DNA of 64,000 nucleotides, taken from NCBI GenBank assembly GCA_030156385.1, contig JASGMR010000003.1, positions 250 to 64,249 on the forward strand, read 5' to 3'. The position numbers were made by a program, and so were the translations under genes. Of the stretch, positions 34,824 through 45,072 are shown piece after piece. The DNA is from Kosmotogales bacterium (GTDB lineage Bacteria; Thermotogota; Thermotogae; Petrotogales; Kosmotogaceae). Each line of letters begins with the position of its first letter. The first letter of the stretch is position 1. The notes below the pieces were generated by a model that was not told where the DNA came from, made no database searches, and worked only from the letters and a program-made list of their open reading frames with translations.

Positions 34824-37388
34824 ATGAGATTTATTCAGAATGCACGAGTTAGTCCGAAACTTTCTGAAGAATTAAAGCCCCTTGAAGAATTAGCTTATAA
34901 TTTCTGGTGGACCTGGAATTATGAACTACAGGATTTATTTAAAAGGATAAATTATGATCTTTGGTATGAGTTAGGGAGATCACCGGTAAAACTGTTGAGA
35001 AGAGTTAAGCAAAAGAGAATAGATGAACTTTCAAAGGATAAAGATTTTTTAAATGAATTGAACAGAATTTATAAGAAGTTTAAAAATTATATGAAAAATG
35101 AAGAAACATGGTTGAATAAAAATCATTCTGATGCTAAAGAGAAAACTATCGCTTATTTTTGCATGGAATATGGGATTCATGAATCTTTCCCTATTTATTC
35201 CGGTGGATTGGGTATCTTGGCTGGCGATCACTTAAAAACAGCCAGTGATATGGGGCTGAATTTCGTTGCGGTTGGATTGTTATATAAAAAGGGATATTTT
35301 AAGCAGAGTATCGATAAGAGTGGTTGGCAGCAGAATTATTTTGAGGTTTATGATTTCGATGATTTTCCTGTAGTATCGGCAAAAAATAAATCAGGAGAAG
35401 AGGTTTTTATCGTTGTTAAATTTGAAAACAAACAAGTGTGGGCAAAGGTCTGGAAAGCGATGGTTGGCAGAACATCTTTGTTTTTACTTGATACCGATAT
35501 TCCACAGAATGAGCCCGAAGATCGGGGGATTACTGAAAATCTCTATGGTGGAAACAGAGAAATGAGGATAAAGCAGGAAATTGTTTTGGGAATTGGAGGG
35601 GTGAGAGCTTTAAGGCAGTTGGATATTTTTCCCGATGTATGGCATATGAATGAAGGTCATGCGGCTTTTCTGGCACTGGAAAGAATAAGAGAAAATGTCG
35701 AACAAAAACAATTTGATTTTAAAAAGGCTATCGAAGCCGTTAAATCGAATAATATATTCACAACTCATACACCCGTTCCCGCAGGGAATGATACCTTCGT
35801 TCTCAGTTTGATTGATAAATATTTTGGGGAGTATTTTCCAAAATTAAGAATTTCAAGAAACGATTTTATATCACTCGGTTTAGAAAAATTAGAGAATGGT
35901 TATGAACAGTTTAACATGACAATACTTGCCCTGAATGTTTCTGCTCAGGCAAACGGAGTGAGTGAACTTCATGGAAAGGTATCCAGAAAAATGTGGAAAA
36001 AGAATTATCTGGACCTTATTGAAGCGGAAGTTCCAATTGGTCATGTTACCAACGGAGTGCATATTTGGACGTGGCTGTATCATGAAATGCAGGATTTGTT
36101 CGATATATATCTTCCCGAAAATTGGAGAGAAAATATACTTGAGAAGGAAACGTGGAACGCAATAGATAATATTCCGGATGAAGAATTATGGAATTATCAT
36201 ATAAAGTTGAAAAGGAGACTTATTGAATTTTTGCACGGAAGGGTGCATAAACAAAGAATGAGATTGGGAGAAACCATAGAAGATATTATGCAGGTTGAGG
36301 ACATATTTGATGAAGATACACTCACAATAGGTTTTGCAAGAAGATTTGCGACTTATAAGAGAGCGGCTTTAATATTCAAAGATTTGGCCAGAATAAAACA
36401 AATTGTCAGCAATCCGGATAAACCCGTACAACTCATTTTCGCGGGAAAGGCCCATCCTGCGGACAATCCGGGTAAAGAGCTTATAAGAAGAATTTATGAA
36501 CTTTCGAGAACTGAAGATTTCAAAACGAAAATAGTTTTTATCGAAAATTACGATATGAATATCGCCAGACATATGGTACAGGGGGTTGATGTCTGGCTCA
36601 ACAATCCAAGAAGACCTCATGAAGCGAGTGGAACAAGTGGTGAAAAAGCAGGAATGAATGGATCTATAAACTTCAGTGCATTGGATGGATGGTGGGTCGA
36701 AGGATTCAATGGAGAAAACGGATGGGCCATCGGTGATAACAGAAATTATGATGACACCGAATTGCAGGATAGAATTGACAGTGTTTCAATATACAGTCAG
36801 CTTGAAAAGTCTATTGTTCCTCTTTACTACAAAAGAGAAGAAGACAATGTTCCAAGATTATGGGCTCAGAAAATGAAATCGTCTATAAAATCGGTCGGAT
36901 ATAATTTCAACACTCATAGAATGATAAAGGATTATACTGAAAATTATTATTTGAAGGCAATAAAATACAGAGAAAAAATATCAAAAGATAATTTTCAAAT
37001 GGCTCAGGAATTTTCAGTTTGGAAAGAAAAGCTTTTAGGCAATTGGAAAAATATAAGGATAAATCCAAAAATTAATACTACGGACACTTTCAGCACTCTG
37101 AGTGTCGGAACGAAAATAAGACTTTCGGCAAATATTTATCTTGGTGATTTAAAACCGGATGAAATTGAGACTCAGATTTTTGTAGGTTATCTGAACGAAG
37201 ACGATGAAATAGAAAAATTTTACACGGTACCGATGAAGTATAAAAAACAGGATATCGGGAATGAATATTTTTTTGAAGGTGAATTCGAATTACCGGAAGA
37301 AGGTAGAATATCGTATACGATAAGAGTAGTACCGAATCCTGAAAGATTGATAGCGAGAGAATTTTTACCCATCGTTAAGTGGGCATAA
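34824..37388 (+). CDS. glgP: Alpha-glucan (glycogen/maltodextrin) phosphorylase, GT35, DUF3417-type N-terminus
   Basis: N-terminal LAYNFWWTWN, GGLGILAGDHLK, PLP-lysine region HEASGTSGEKAGMNG. 854 aa. AGGAGG RBS. Confidence 0.9.
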   Translation: MRFIQNARVSPKLSEELKPLEELAYNFWWTWNYELQDLFKRINYDLWYELGRSPVKLLRRVKQKRIDELSKDKDFLNELNRIYKKFKNYMKNEETWLNKNHSDAKEKTIAYFCMEYGIHESFPIYSGGLGILAGDHLKTASDMGLNFVAVGLLYKKGYFKQSIDKSGWQQNYFEVYDFDDFPVVSAKNKSGEEVFIVVKFENKQVWAKVWKAMVGRTSLFLLDTDIPQNEPEDRGITENLYGGNREMRIKQEIVLGIGGVRALRQLDIFPDVWHMNEGHAAFLALERIRENVEQKQFDFKKAIEAVKSNNIFTTHTPVPAGNDTFVLSLIDKYFGEYFPKLRISRNDFISLGLEKLENGYEQFNMTILALNVSAQANGVSELHGKVSRKMWKKNYLDLIEAEVPIGHVTNGVHIWTWLYHEMQDLFDIYLPENWRENILEKETWNAIDNIPDEELWNYHIKLKRRLIEFLHGRVHKQRMRLGETIEDIMQVEDIFDEDTLTIGFARRFATYKRAALIFKDLARIKQIVSNPDKPVQLIFAGKAHPADNPGKELIRRIYELSRTEDFKTKIVFIENYDMNIARHMVQGVDVWLNNPRRPHEASGTSGEKAGMNGSINFSALDGWWVEGFNGENGWAIGDNRNYDDTELQDRIDSVSIYSQLEKSIVPLYYKREEDNVPRLWAQKMKSSIKSVGYNFNTHRMIKDYTENYYLKAIKYREKISKDNFQMAQEFSVWKEKLLGNWKNIRINPKINTTDTFSTLSVGTKIRLSANIYLGDLKPDEIETQIFVGYLNEDDEIEKFYTVPMKYKKQDIGNEYFFEGEFELPEEGRISYTIRVVPNPERLIAREFLPIVKWA

Positions 37389-37404
37389 AAATAATCACAA
37401 ATAA

Positions 37405-37440
37405 AAAAGAGGGGAATTTTGTTTTCCCCCTCTTTTTTTA
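37405..37440 (+). terminator. Rho-independent terminator after glgP
   Basis: AAGAGGGG ... CCCCTCTT stem followed by a T7 run. Confidence 0.75.
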
Positions 37441-37526
37441 TGAATATGGAAATATCCCGCATTTCATCACTTGAATAAAAATGATAATTGTGAAATAGTA
37501 TTATTAGTGAACGAAAGGAGAATTAT

Positions 37527-38504
37527 ATGATTTTTTACAGCCCAAAACATATCGAACATAAACCGGAAAAAGAAATTGATAAGGGAATTTTTGTTAAAAA
37601 TTCAGATACACCGCAACGAATTGAAGAAATAGCCGAAATACTTGTGAAAAATGATTATTCTATACAAAACGCAAAAGAATTCGATGAATCTTTTCTTTAT
37701 CTGGTACACGATAAAGATTATGTGGAATGGATCAGAAAGAGATCAAAAATTACCCCTCCCGATCAGGAGTACTTTCCGGAAGTTTTTGGTTATGATAGAT
37801 TATTTGATACCGGTACCCCTGTTACGTGGAATTCGTACGAATCGGCTCTTTACTCCGTTTTCACTGCCTTAACGGCCGCGGAACACATCGTTTGCGGAAA
37901 CATGTTTTCATATGCACTCTGCAGACCGCCGGGACACCATGCTTCTAAAAATATTGGCGGTGGCTATTGCTATTTTAATAATGCCGCTATAGCGGCAAAA
38001 TATATCCAAAAAAACCATGAAGGAAATATAGCAATATTGGATTTAGATTTTCATCACGGGAATGGGACTCAAGATATATTTTATGAAGATCCATCTGTTC
38101 TTTACGTTTCTTTACATGGAACACCGGAAATTTATTTTCCGTGGATTGAAGGTTTTGCAAGTGAGATCGGTGAGGGAAAAGGAAAGGGATACAATTTGAA
38201 TATTCCTTTAGATCCCGACACCGGAATTGAAGAATATTTGAAATTGTTGATAACGGGTATAAAAAAAATAAATGAATTTTCGCCGGATTGTTTGATCATC
38301 TCGCTCGGACTGGATATTGTTGAAGGTGACATGCAGGGAGGAATGAACATAAAAACTGAGGATTATAAAAAAATCGGTGCCGTTATAAAGGAACTCGATT
38401 ACCCACTTTTAATCGTACAGGAAGGGGGGTATGACGGAAAAAAGAATGGTGAGGCGGTTATCAATCTATTCGATGGTTTAGAGATAAAAAGAAGATTTTT
38501 ATAA
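37527..38504 (+). CDS. Histone deacetylase-superfamily amidohydrolase (AcuC / acetylpolyamine deacetylase-like)
   Basis: RPPGHHA, DLDFHHGNGTQ, GGY motifs. 325 aa. Confidence 0.8.
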   Translation: MIFYSPKHIEHKPEKEIDKGIFVKNSDTPQRIEEIAEILVKNDYSIQNAKEFDESFLYLVHDKDYVEWIRKRSKITPPDQEYFPEVFGYDRLFDTGTPVTWNSYESALYSVFTALTAAEHIVCGNMFSYALCRPPGHHASKNIGGGYCYFNNAAIAAKYIQKNHEGNIAILDLDFHHGNGTQDIFYEDPSVLYVSLHGTPEIYFPWIEGFASEIGEGKGKGYNLNIPLDPDTGIEEYLKLLITGIKKINEFSPDCLIISLGLDIVEGDMQGGMNIKTEDYKKIGAVIKELDYPLLIVQEGGYDGKKNGEAVINLFDGLEIKRRFL

Positions 38505-38534
38505 TAAAAAACAGATCTTTAATTTTGAAATACC

Positions 38535-39257
38535 TTAAATGATTTTTTTGATCGCTTTTAACTCAATTTTTTTTTCAGATGATTCAAATTTATTTTTATC
38601 TTGAATCAGATATTCCCCATTTACAACTTTTACTTTAACTTCTTCCTTATTATATTCGAAAAGATAGTCACCGTTTTTTAAATTCACCAGTTTTTCGAAT
38701 GATCTTTGAAGAATTGTTTTTTCAGAACTTTTAATAACTTTTCCATATAATATGTAGGGAGATCCGAGCAAACTGTTAATTTCATTGATATCTCCCATCT
38801 GAATATACTTTTTTATGATGGAACTGCTCACTCTGCAATTTTTTTCTTTTACATCATTTACTATTTTTAAATCAAAATTATATTTTTTCGATAAATTTTC
38901 TAAGGTATCTTTATCACCGGATCCCCTTTTGCCGAATCTGAAATCTTCGCCTACCACAACTCCTGAAGCCCCTTTTTTCAGCAACAATTTTATGAAATCT
39001 TCAGGTTCCATATCACCTATTTCGGAAAGATCGGCAGTTATTATTCTTTCAATTCCACAATTAAGAATTTTTTCGATTCTGATATCGATGGAATAAATAA
39101 GACCCTCAAAGTTATTTTTGTAGTAATTGTAAGGGTACATGATTGAAAAAGCGAAGGATTTTACGTTTTTAATTCTTGCAAGCTTTACGGTTTCTCCTAA
39201 AATTTTCTGATGACCCAGATGAACACCGTCGAAGTTGCCGATAGAAATAACGGACAT
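38535..39257 (-). CDS. ribF: FMN adenylyltransferase (RibF N-domain) with a short, degenerate C-terminal region
   Basis: IGNFDGVHLGHQ, GEDFRFG, SSS.IK motifs of the FAD synthetase domain. Only about 70 aa follow, and I see no GxPTxN kinase motif. Confidence 0.7.
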   Translation of the reverse strand: MSVISIGNFDGVHLGHQKILGETVKLARIKNVKSFAFSIMYPYNYYKNNFEGLIYSIDIRIEKILNCGIERIITADLSEIGDMEPEDFIKLLLKKGASGVVVGEDFRFGKRGSGDKDTLENLSKKYNFDLKIVNDVKEKNCRVSSSIIKKYIQMGDINEINSLLGSPYILYGKVIKSSEKTILQRSFEKLVNLKNGDYLFEYNKEEVKVKVVNGEYLIQDKNKFESSEKKIELKAIKKII

Positions 39258-40189
39258 TAAATGAATACCTTTTTTAATTTAGCGATTCTTTCTCTGGAAT
39301 TTTTATTAGTTAAAGTATTGATAAACCTTGATGAACGTTCTGAAGTTGCAATCGCTGTGAGCTTTTCATCTTCATCAACGATCCGGATGATTTCTTCTTT
39401 TTTAAAAGATCCTATTATTTTTTTTACAAAGTGACAATACACCTGAGAGCCGTTTTTTACCGAATTATTAAATTCATTTTTTATCATCACCGCTGGTAAA
39501 AATTTTGAGAACTTGTCCATTGAGATTATTTTTTCCAGGGAAATTTCTTCGGACATAATGGCGTTTTCAATTGAAAAATCTCCGATTTTAGTTCTTCTCA
39601 GTTTTTCGGTTACGGCTCCACAACCAATTTCATAACCAATATCCATAACCAGTGATCTGATATACGTACCTGAAGAGACTTCCGATGAAAAAGAAACTCT
39701 GTCATTTTTAAGATCGATATCGTCTATTACTAAATTTTTTATTTTTACCTTTTTCGGCGGAAGGTTTATTATCTTACCTTCCCTGGCCAATTTATAAAGT
39801 CTTTCTCCTTTATATTTTTTAGCAGAATAAGCGGGAGGAGTTTGAAAATAACTATCTTTGAAAGATTCGAATGCTTTTATAATATCATTTTCTTTGAGGT
39901 TTTTTGTATCTCTTTCTTCCTTCACGGTTCCTTCTAAATCGAATGTTTCGGTTATAATTCCAAGTTTCATAGTACATCGATAACTTTTATCCTGCTTTAA
40001 TAGAAATTCCAGCATCCTCGTCGCTTTCCCTATCCCCAATATCATTAAACCTGAAGCAAAAGGATCAAGGGTTCCGGCGTGACCGATTTTTTTGATTTTC
40101 AGTTTTTTCCTCGCTATTTCAACCAGTTCATGTGAAGATATGCCCTCTTCTTTATCAATTAATAAGAAACCATTCGTTTCATCTGTCAA
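39257..40189 (-). CDS. truB: tRNA pseudouridine-55 synthase
   Basis: GHAGTLDPFASGLM catalytic Asp motif, C-terminal PUA-like region. rbfA-truB-ribF context. Confidence 0.9.
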   Translation of the reverse strand: MTDETNGFLLIDKEEGISSHELVEIARKKLKIKKIGHAGTLDPFASGLMILGIGKATRMLEFLLKQDKSYRCTMKLGIITETFDLEGTVKEERDTKNLKENDIIKAFESFKDSYFQTPPAYSAKKYKGERLYKLAREGKIINLPPKKVKIKNLVIDDIDLKNDRVSFSSEVSSGTYIRSLVMDIGYEIGCGAVTEKLRRTKIGDFSIENAIMSEEISLEKIISMDKFSKFLPAVMIKNEFNNSVKNGSQVYCHFVKKIIGSFKKEEIIRIVDEDEKLTAIATSERSSRFINTLTNKNSRERIAKLKKVFI

Positions 40190-40554
40190 TTTTTATTATC
40201 CTCTTCATGAATTTTGTTGAGTAGTTCCTGTACTCTTATACTGGCCTCAATACCTTTATCTGGTAAAAATTTAACCTCAGGTACTTTGAACAACCTGATG
40301 TTTTTTGCAAGTGCCGTTCTGAAATATCCCTTGTTTTCGTTCAATATTTCAATAATTTCTTCTTTTTTCTCCTCGGCATTTTCGCCAAAATAACTCACAA
40401 ATATATTTGAATATCTTTTGTCTTTGGAAACGGTTACCCTCACAATCGAAACATAGAGGGGATCGATTTTCGGTATCCTTGATTCTCTTAAGGCGGAAGT
40501 CAGAACTTTTTTTATTTCCGATTCCAGCATTTCTTTCCTGTATGTCGAACTCAT
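40186..40554 (-). CDS. rbfA: Ribosome-binding factor A
   Basis: 122 aa. RVTVSKDKRYSNIFVS and FKVPEVKF patterns. Overlaps the truB start. Confidence 0.85.
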   Translation of the reverse strand: MSSTYRKEMLESEIKKVLTSALRESRIPKIDPLYVSIVRVTVSKDKRYSNIFVSYFGENAEEKKEEIIEILNENKGYFRTALAKNIRLFKVPEVKFLPDKGIEASIRVQELLNKIHEEDNKN

Positions 40555-40575
40555 ATCCAGAACCCTCCTTTTACT

Positions 40576-43500
40576 TTAGTTTATCAATACGGGACGTTTG
40601 ATATTTGATATATTATAGAATCTATCTCCGGATTGAGTATCAATGTATAAAAAGTTCTCATCTGCAGATAGAGAATATATATTATCAGAAAATTCTATTT
40701 CTGACAATATATTGATGCTTGCCGGATTGAAAATATTTATTATGGAAATACCGGAATCTGTAACGGCGAAAAGATAAGAATCGAATTTTTCTAAAATATC
40801 GACTATGAAATAATTACCCACAGATTCCTTGGTAAAAGAATCCAAATTGATATATTTCAAACCGCCTTCTCTGCCTGATTCCCCAGCAAAAATCATATTA
40901 TCTCTAATTTGTATACAATTTATGAACCCATCCAGATTTTCCCTCTCTCTTGAAGAAGAACCCCTTTCGGAATAAGAATCATTCGAAGTTCTGACGAATA
41001 TCCTTATACCGAAGAAACTATCTGCGGTGACTATCGCATCAGCATTTTCCGTTATTGCAAAATCACTTGGAGCGGAATCCGTCTGTATAACCGTTTCAAA
41101 AGAATGAGGTATTCCGTTTTCCAGATAAACTTTTTTGATTGAACCGGATCCCACTGAGTCAAGAATCCATAAACAATTATCTGCATAATTCATCTTTACA
41201 GGTCCTGATCTGACATTAAACGTATTTAATAATTTCATATCAGAATCGGAATACAGATATGTCGAAATTTCTCCATAATCATCCACTAAATATACATAAT
41301 TTCCGTTTATAACAGGTTTTATGGAATAATTTTTATCTGTTATTTTTTTCAGATTCGGGAGACTGTTTGTTGAATTGAAATTGGCTATAATAGGATTCCC
41401 GTTCGATAATATTGGAAGATTATATAAATATTTTGTAGTTGAGAAATTCTTGATTTCACTTTTTACCTCATTTCCATTTTCATCTTCAGCAATGACCTGC
41501 CAGAAATAATTTTTATTTCTTTCAAGTGCATTCTTTGTTTTAAAGTATTTGTTGGAAGTCGTTGTTAGTTTCACCATGGAATTTGGTGAATAGCCGAGGT
41601 ACAACGAATATTGTACGTTGTTTCCAATATTAGAATCCCATTGATAAATGGGGTAGCCGAGGATCCCATTTTCGTCAGGGGTCCCGGCATCTATAGAATA
41701 ATTGAGTATTTTTTCAGTGGTGAATTTTCTAACCGGTGATTTTATATAATATTTTCCATCGGATATTTCTATACTCCAGTAATAATCTCTTCCTGCCTGA
41801 AGATCGGATAAAGTGTAAGTATTTGATGAAGTGTTTCCCACAATTCTTAATTCTGAGGCTGAATTACCCAGTAAAATTTTATAAGTTAAATTATCGTTAT
41901 CGACATCGCTACCCGTCCAGGAAACTGTGATGGAATTTTTAACATTTATAACATTATCATCCGGAGAAATTATGTTGATGACAGGTTTACTGTTTATGGT
42001 TTTGAATGACCAAATAGGAGAGAGGATTGTATCACCGTCACTCTTTGCCATTACCCTCCACGAATACATCGTATTTCCCTTTAAAGCTTTGCCGAGTTTA
42101 TACGAATTGGTCCGAATGCCCTGTGCAATTGGTGAGGCCATATTTTCGAAGAACAAATCGTAGGTGATATCGTCGGAACTGTCTGCCAAAGTCCATGATA
42201 AAGTTAAATCGGAAGTTTTTATTTCATCGGAATTATTTGAAGGATTCTGTGAGATAAACTGCAAAGGTTTTTCCGTTGTTTTGAATGAAAAAACCGGTCC
42301 CTGCGAAATATTTCCATCGTACACTTCCATAGCCCACTTATATTCCGTGCCGTTTTTCAGTGCACCGTTATAGACAAAACTGTTTTTATTTCCCTCTATT
42401 TCTACCCTGTCGATTAGATTATCTTCATTGTCGTAAAGGATGAATGTGTAGCTTATAGGTGTAGAGAAACCCAGATACTCCCATTTAAACGGATTTTCAG
42501 TGTTGAATAAACTTCCGTTTTCCGGCTGTGTATATTTTATTTTCTCTTCTTCAAATTCGATTTTAATTTTTTCCGACTCGTAAGTATTTCCTTCATCAAT
42601 GACTTTTATGTAAAAATCATAATTATGATCGGTATTCAGTGATCTGATATTTTGACCTATCTGGAATGATTCTATATTTTTGCCTGAAAGTACCGGTTCG
42701 CTTTCTTCTTTCCCTTCCTGAATGAAAAATATTTGTATTTCGGCAGCATCGGAGGCATTTTTTATTTTCCATTTGAGTATATATGGCAGAGATGATAACG
42801 TCAAAGTCTTTTTGCTGTCAATTATTATTTCTACAGGTTCTTTGATGGTTTTAAAAGAATATTCTTCCGAAATTTTTTCGGCTCTGTTTTCATCTTCCAC
42901 ACCGACCCACCATTTATAAGTGGAGTTGCTTTTTAAAGGCTCACTTAAAATTAATTTGTTTTCTCCGTTTGAGTTCATTACTTCTTTTTTGATTATGTCC
43001 CCGTTTTCATCCATTATGTAAACGTTTGAGATTAAATCCTGAGAATCTTCATCAAAATTTCTCCAGAAAAGCTCAACATTTTTTCCATCGACTTCATCGC
43101 TTCCATTTTCAGGTGAAATCAATTCGGGAATTTTTGGAGGCGAGTTGTAACTCATAAAATAGGAAGGTTCACTTTCAACTTTATCATTTCCATCTATTGA
43201 GATCACTTTCCAGAAATATTTGGTGTTCTGATTCTTTACGGCATCGCTGACTTTTAGTGATGTTTTATTTGAATTGTAAACTCTTGCGCCAATGAAATCA
43301 CTATTTTCTGCAATGAGTAATTGATATTTCGGATTGGTATTTTCCCGGAGATTCATCCACGAAAATTCAATCTCTCCAACAGGAACATCTATTGCACCAT
43401 TTTCTGGAGATACGAGTATTGCGCCGTCGGGTGTACTTTCTTCGGTTGTTATTTTTATCGTTTCACTCTGATTTTTGGCATCGTTGGAATCTTTACCTAT

Positions 43501-45045
43501 TACATACCATTCATATTCTCTGTTCGGCTTCAGATTTACGAACAAATACGTATTTTCGTATGTGTTTCTCTGATTTTTTTCGCCGCTTAAAATATCGGTT
43601 ATGACCAGTGTATAGTTTATTGAATCACCCTCGGGATCGCTGCCCTCCCAAACAAATTTAACGTTATATGGTGTGACCTCGGCATTATTAATCGGTTCTA
43701 AAAGCTCTATTCTCGGTGGTAAATTACCGGAGTAATAATCCACTTCCTTAGTTGTTTTAGCCCCATATGCATCTTTCGCGATCAATTTGATCGTGTAATT
43801 TTTTCCTTTATCTAAATCTTCAACGATAAGATTATTTCTTTTTTCATTTTCAAACAGAATGGTTTCTTCTCCGTCCGGATGAATTAAATATGCCGATATA
43901 TTAACTTCGTCGTCATCTTCATCGGTTGTCGACCAGGTTAAATAAATATTTTTCATACCTTCGATTATTTCGTCTTTTTGTTCTATTATATTTATTGTTG
44001 GATTTCTATTCAACGTCGAAAATTCCCATATATCACTTGATTTTATTTCTCCTGATTCAAGATCCTCGATCTCTACCTTCCATTTGTAACTTGTATGTGC
44101 CTCTAATTCGGGAGAATTTATGAAGGTTGAAGTTGCAGAATCATAAAAAACAGGATCGTTCTCGGCATCGGAAAAATAAACCCTGTAAACGACGGGTGAG
44201 TAATATCTATTGGATAATTCCCAATTCAGAGTTTCGATACTCGGGGCAACAATTTTTTCGTTGAACCCGGGATTACCTTTAACCGGACGTGGTAAAGGCT
44301 GTACCGACTCAGTTGTAAAAGAACTTGTAATCGACGACGATTCTTTCTGTCCGTCGGTTGCAACTACCCGCCAATAATATTTTGTAGAGAAATTTAATTT
44401 TGGAAGTTTTTCAAACGGTAAAGTGTTTTTATTCCAGTTTGTAACCACAAGAGATGAATCTGAAAGATTTGGACTTTCCCCGAAATATATATCGTATAAA
44501 ATAACGTCATTATCAGCGTCGGTGGATTTTATCCATGAAAGCTCTTCATTTGCAAGGGCAACATTCGTCTCATTCGGTTGTGGGAAAAGAATATCGGATT
44601 TACTCGGCTGGTCATTTTTCAAAGTGAAGGTCCAGGGATTTACTTCTTCAAATTTACCATCCTCATTTTTCACTTTAACTGTCCACCAGTATTGCTTATG
44701 TGGTGAAAGATTCATCTCATATTCAAAGGTAAAAATTCCTTCCGAAGCGTATGTCGGATCACCCAAAATCCCTTTTTGAACGAGCTCAAGATCGTTTTCT
44801 GATTCACCTAAGTAAAAATCTGCATAAACAGGATCACCGGGATTGCTATAGTATGCTTCCCAATAGAATGTCATCGGATCATCGTAATAAAGTCTTTCGC
44901 CATTTCTGGGTTGAGGAGAAAGATCGCTGATCGAGATCTTTGGAATTGGTTTTGGCCAGAAAAAATAAGCTAGAATTCCTCCACCTGCAACAATCAATAT
45001 TAAAATTATTATTGAAATTACAGCGATTCCTTTTTTTCTGTTCAT
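40576..45045 (-). CDS. Giant (1489 aa) membrane-anchored surface protein: 12 FN3/Ig-like modules plus a C-terminal beta-propeller-like domain
   Basis: N-terminal anchor IAVISIIILILIVAGGGILAYFFW. Repeated module ending Y.W.V...D..G....W.F.T. The C-terminal region of about 310 aa has LVIVD-like strands. GGAGGG RBS. Confidence 0.8.
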   Translation of the reverse strand: MNRKKGIAVISIIILILIVAGGGILAYFFWPKPIPKISISDLSPQPRNGERLYYDDPMTFYWEAYYSNPGDPVYADFYLGESENDLELVQKGILGDPTYASEGIFTFEYEMNLSPHKQYWWTVKVKNEDGKFEEVNPWTFTLKNDQPSKSDILFPQPNETNVALANEELSWIKSTDADNDVILYDIYFGESPNLSDSSLVVTNWNKNTLPFEKLPKLNFSTKYYWRVVATDGQKESSSITSSFTTESVQPLPRPVKGNPGFNEKIVAPSIETLNWELSNRYYSPVVYRVYFSDAENDPVFYDSATSTFINSPELEAHTSYKWKVEIEDLESGEIKSSDIWEFSTLNRNPTINIIEQKDEIIEGMKNIYLTWSTTDEDDDEVNISAYLIHPDGEETILFENEKRNNLIVEDLDKGKNYTIKLIAKDAYGAKTTKEVDYYSGNLPPRIELLEPINNAEVTPYNVKFVWEGSDPEGDSINYTLVITDILSGEKNQRNTYENTYLFVNLKPNREYEWYVIGKDSNDAKNQSETIKITTEESTPDGAILVSPENGAIDVPVGEIEFSWMNLRENTNPKYQLLIAENSDFIGARVYNSNKTSLKVSDAVKNQNTKYFWKVISIDGNDKVESEPSYFMSYNSPPKIPELISPENGSDEVDGKNVELFWRNFDEDSQDLISNVYIMDENGDIIKKEVMNSNGENKLILSEPLKSNSTYKWWVGVEDENRAEKISEEYSFKTIKEPVEIIIDSKKTLTLSSLPYILKWKIKNASDAAEIQIFFIQEGKEESEPVLSGKNIESFQIGQNIRSLNTDHNYDFYIKVIDEGNTYESEKIKIEFEEEKIKYTQPENGSLFNTENPFKWEYLGFSTPISYTFILYDNEDNLIDRVEIEGNKNSFVYNGALKNGTEYKWAMEVYDGNISQGPVFSFKTTEKPLQFISQNPSNNSDEIKTSDLTLSWTLADSSDDITYDLFFENMASPIAQGIRTNSYKLGKALKGNTMYSWRVMAKSDGDTILSPIWSFKTINSKPVINIISPDDNVINVKNSITVSWTGSDVDNDNLTYKILLGNSASELRIVGNTSSNTYTLSDLQAGRDYYWSIEISDGKYYIKSPVRKFTTEKILNYSIDAGTPDENGILGYPIYQWDSNIGNNVQYSLYLGYSPNSMVKLTTTSNKYFKTKNALERNKNYFWQVIAEDENGNEVKSEIKNFSTTKYLYNLPILSNGNPIIANFNSTNSLPNLKKITDKNYSIKPVINGNYVYLVDDYGEISTYLYSDSDMKLLNTFNVRSGPVKMNYADNCLWILDSVGSGSIKKVYLENGIPHSFETVIQTDSAPSDFAITENADAIVTADSFFGIRIFVRTSNDSYSERGSSSRERENLDGFINCIQIRDNMIFAGESGREGGLKYINLDSFTKESVGNYFIVDILEKFDSYLFAVTDSGISIINIFNPASINILSEIEFSDNIYSLSADENFLYIDTQSGDRFYNISNIKRPVLIN
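41536..44943 (-). repeat. Twelve tandem protein-level repeats of about 95 aa (FN3/Ig-like) inside the giant ORF
   Basis: Module ends: KQYWWTVKVKNEDG, TKYYWRVVATDGQ, TSYKWKVEIEDLESG, KNYTIKLIAKDAYG, REYEWYVIGKDSND, TKYFWKVISIDGND, STYKWWVGVEDEN, HNYDFYIKVIDEGN, TEYKWAMEVYDGN, TMYSWRVMAKSDGD, RDYYWSIEISDGK, KNYFWQVIAEDENG. No obvious DNA-level identity between modules. Confidence 0.6.
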
Positions 45046-45072
45046 TTTTCAAATCCCTCCAAAACCGATATA

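Noticed and set aside
40576-45045. DNA-level tandem repeats or a CRISPR-like array within the giant ORF
   Set aside because: The periodicity exists only at protein level (modules of about 95 aa). I saw no conserved nucleotide repeat units or spacer structure, and no CRISPR-like array elsewhere in the window.
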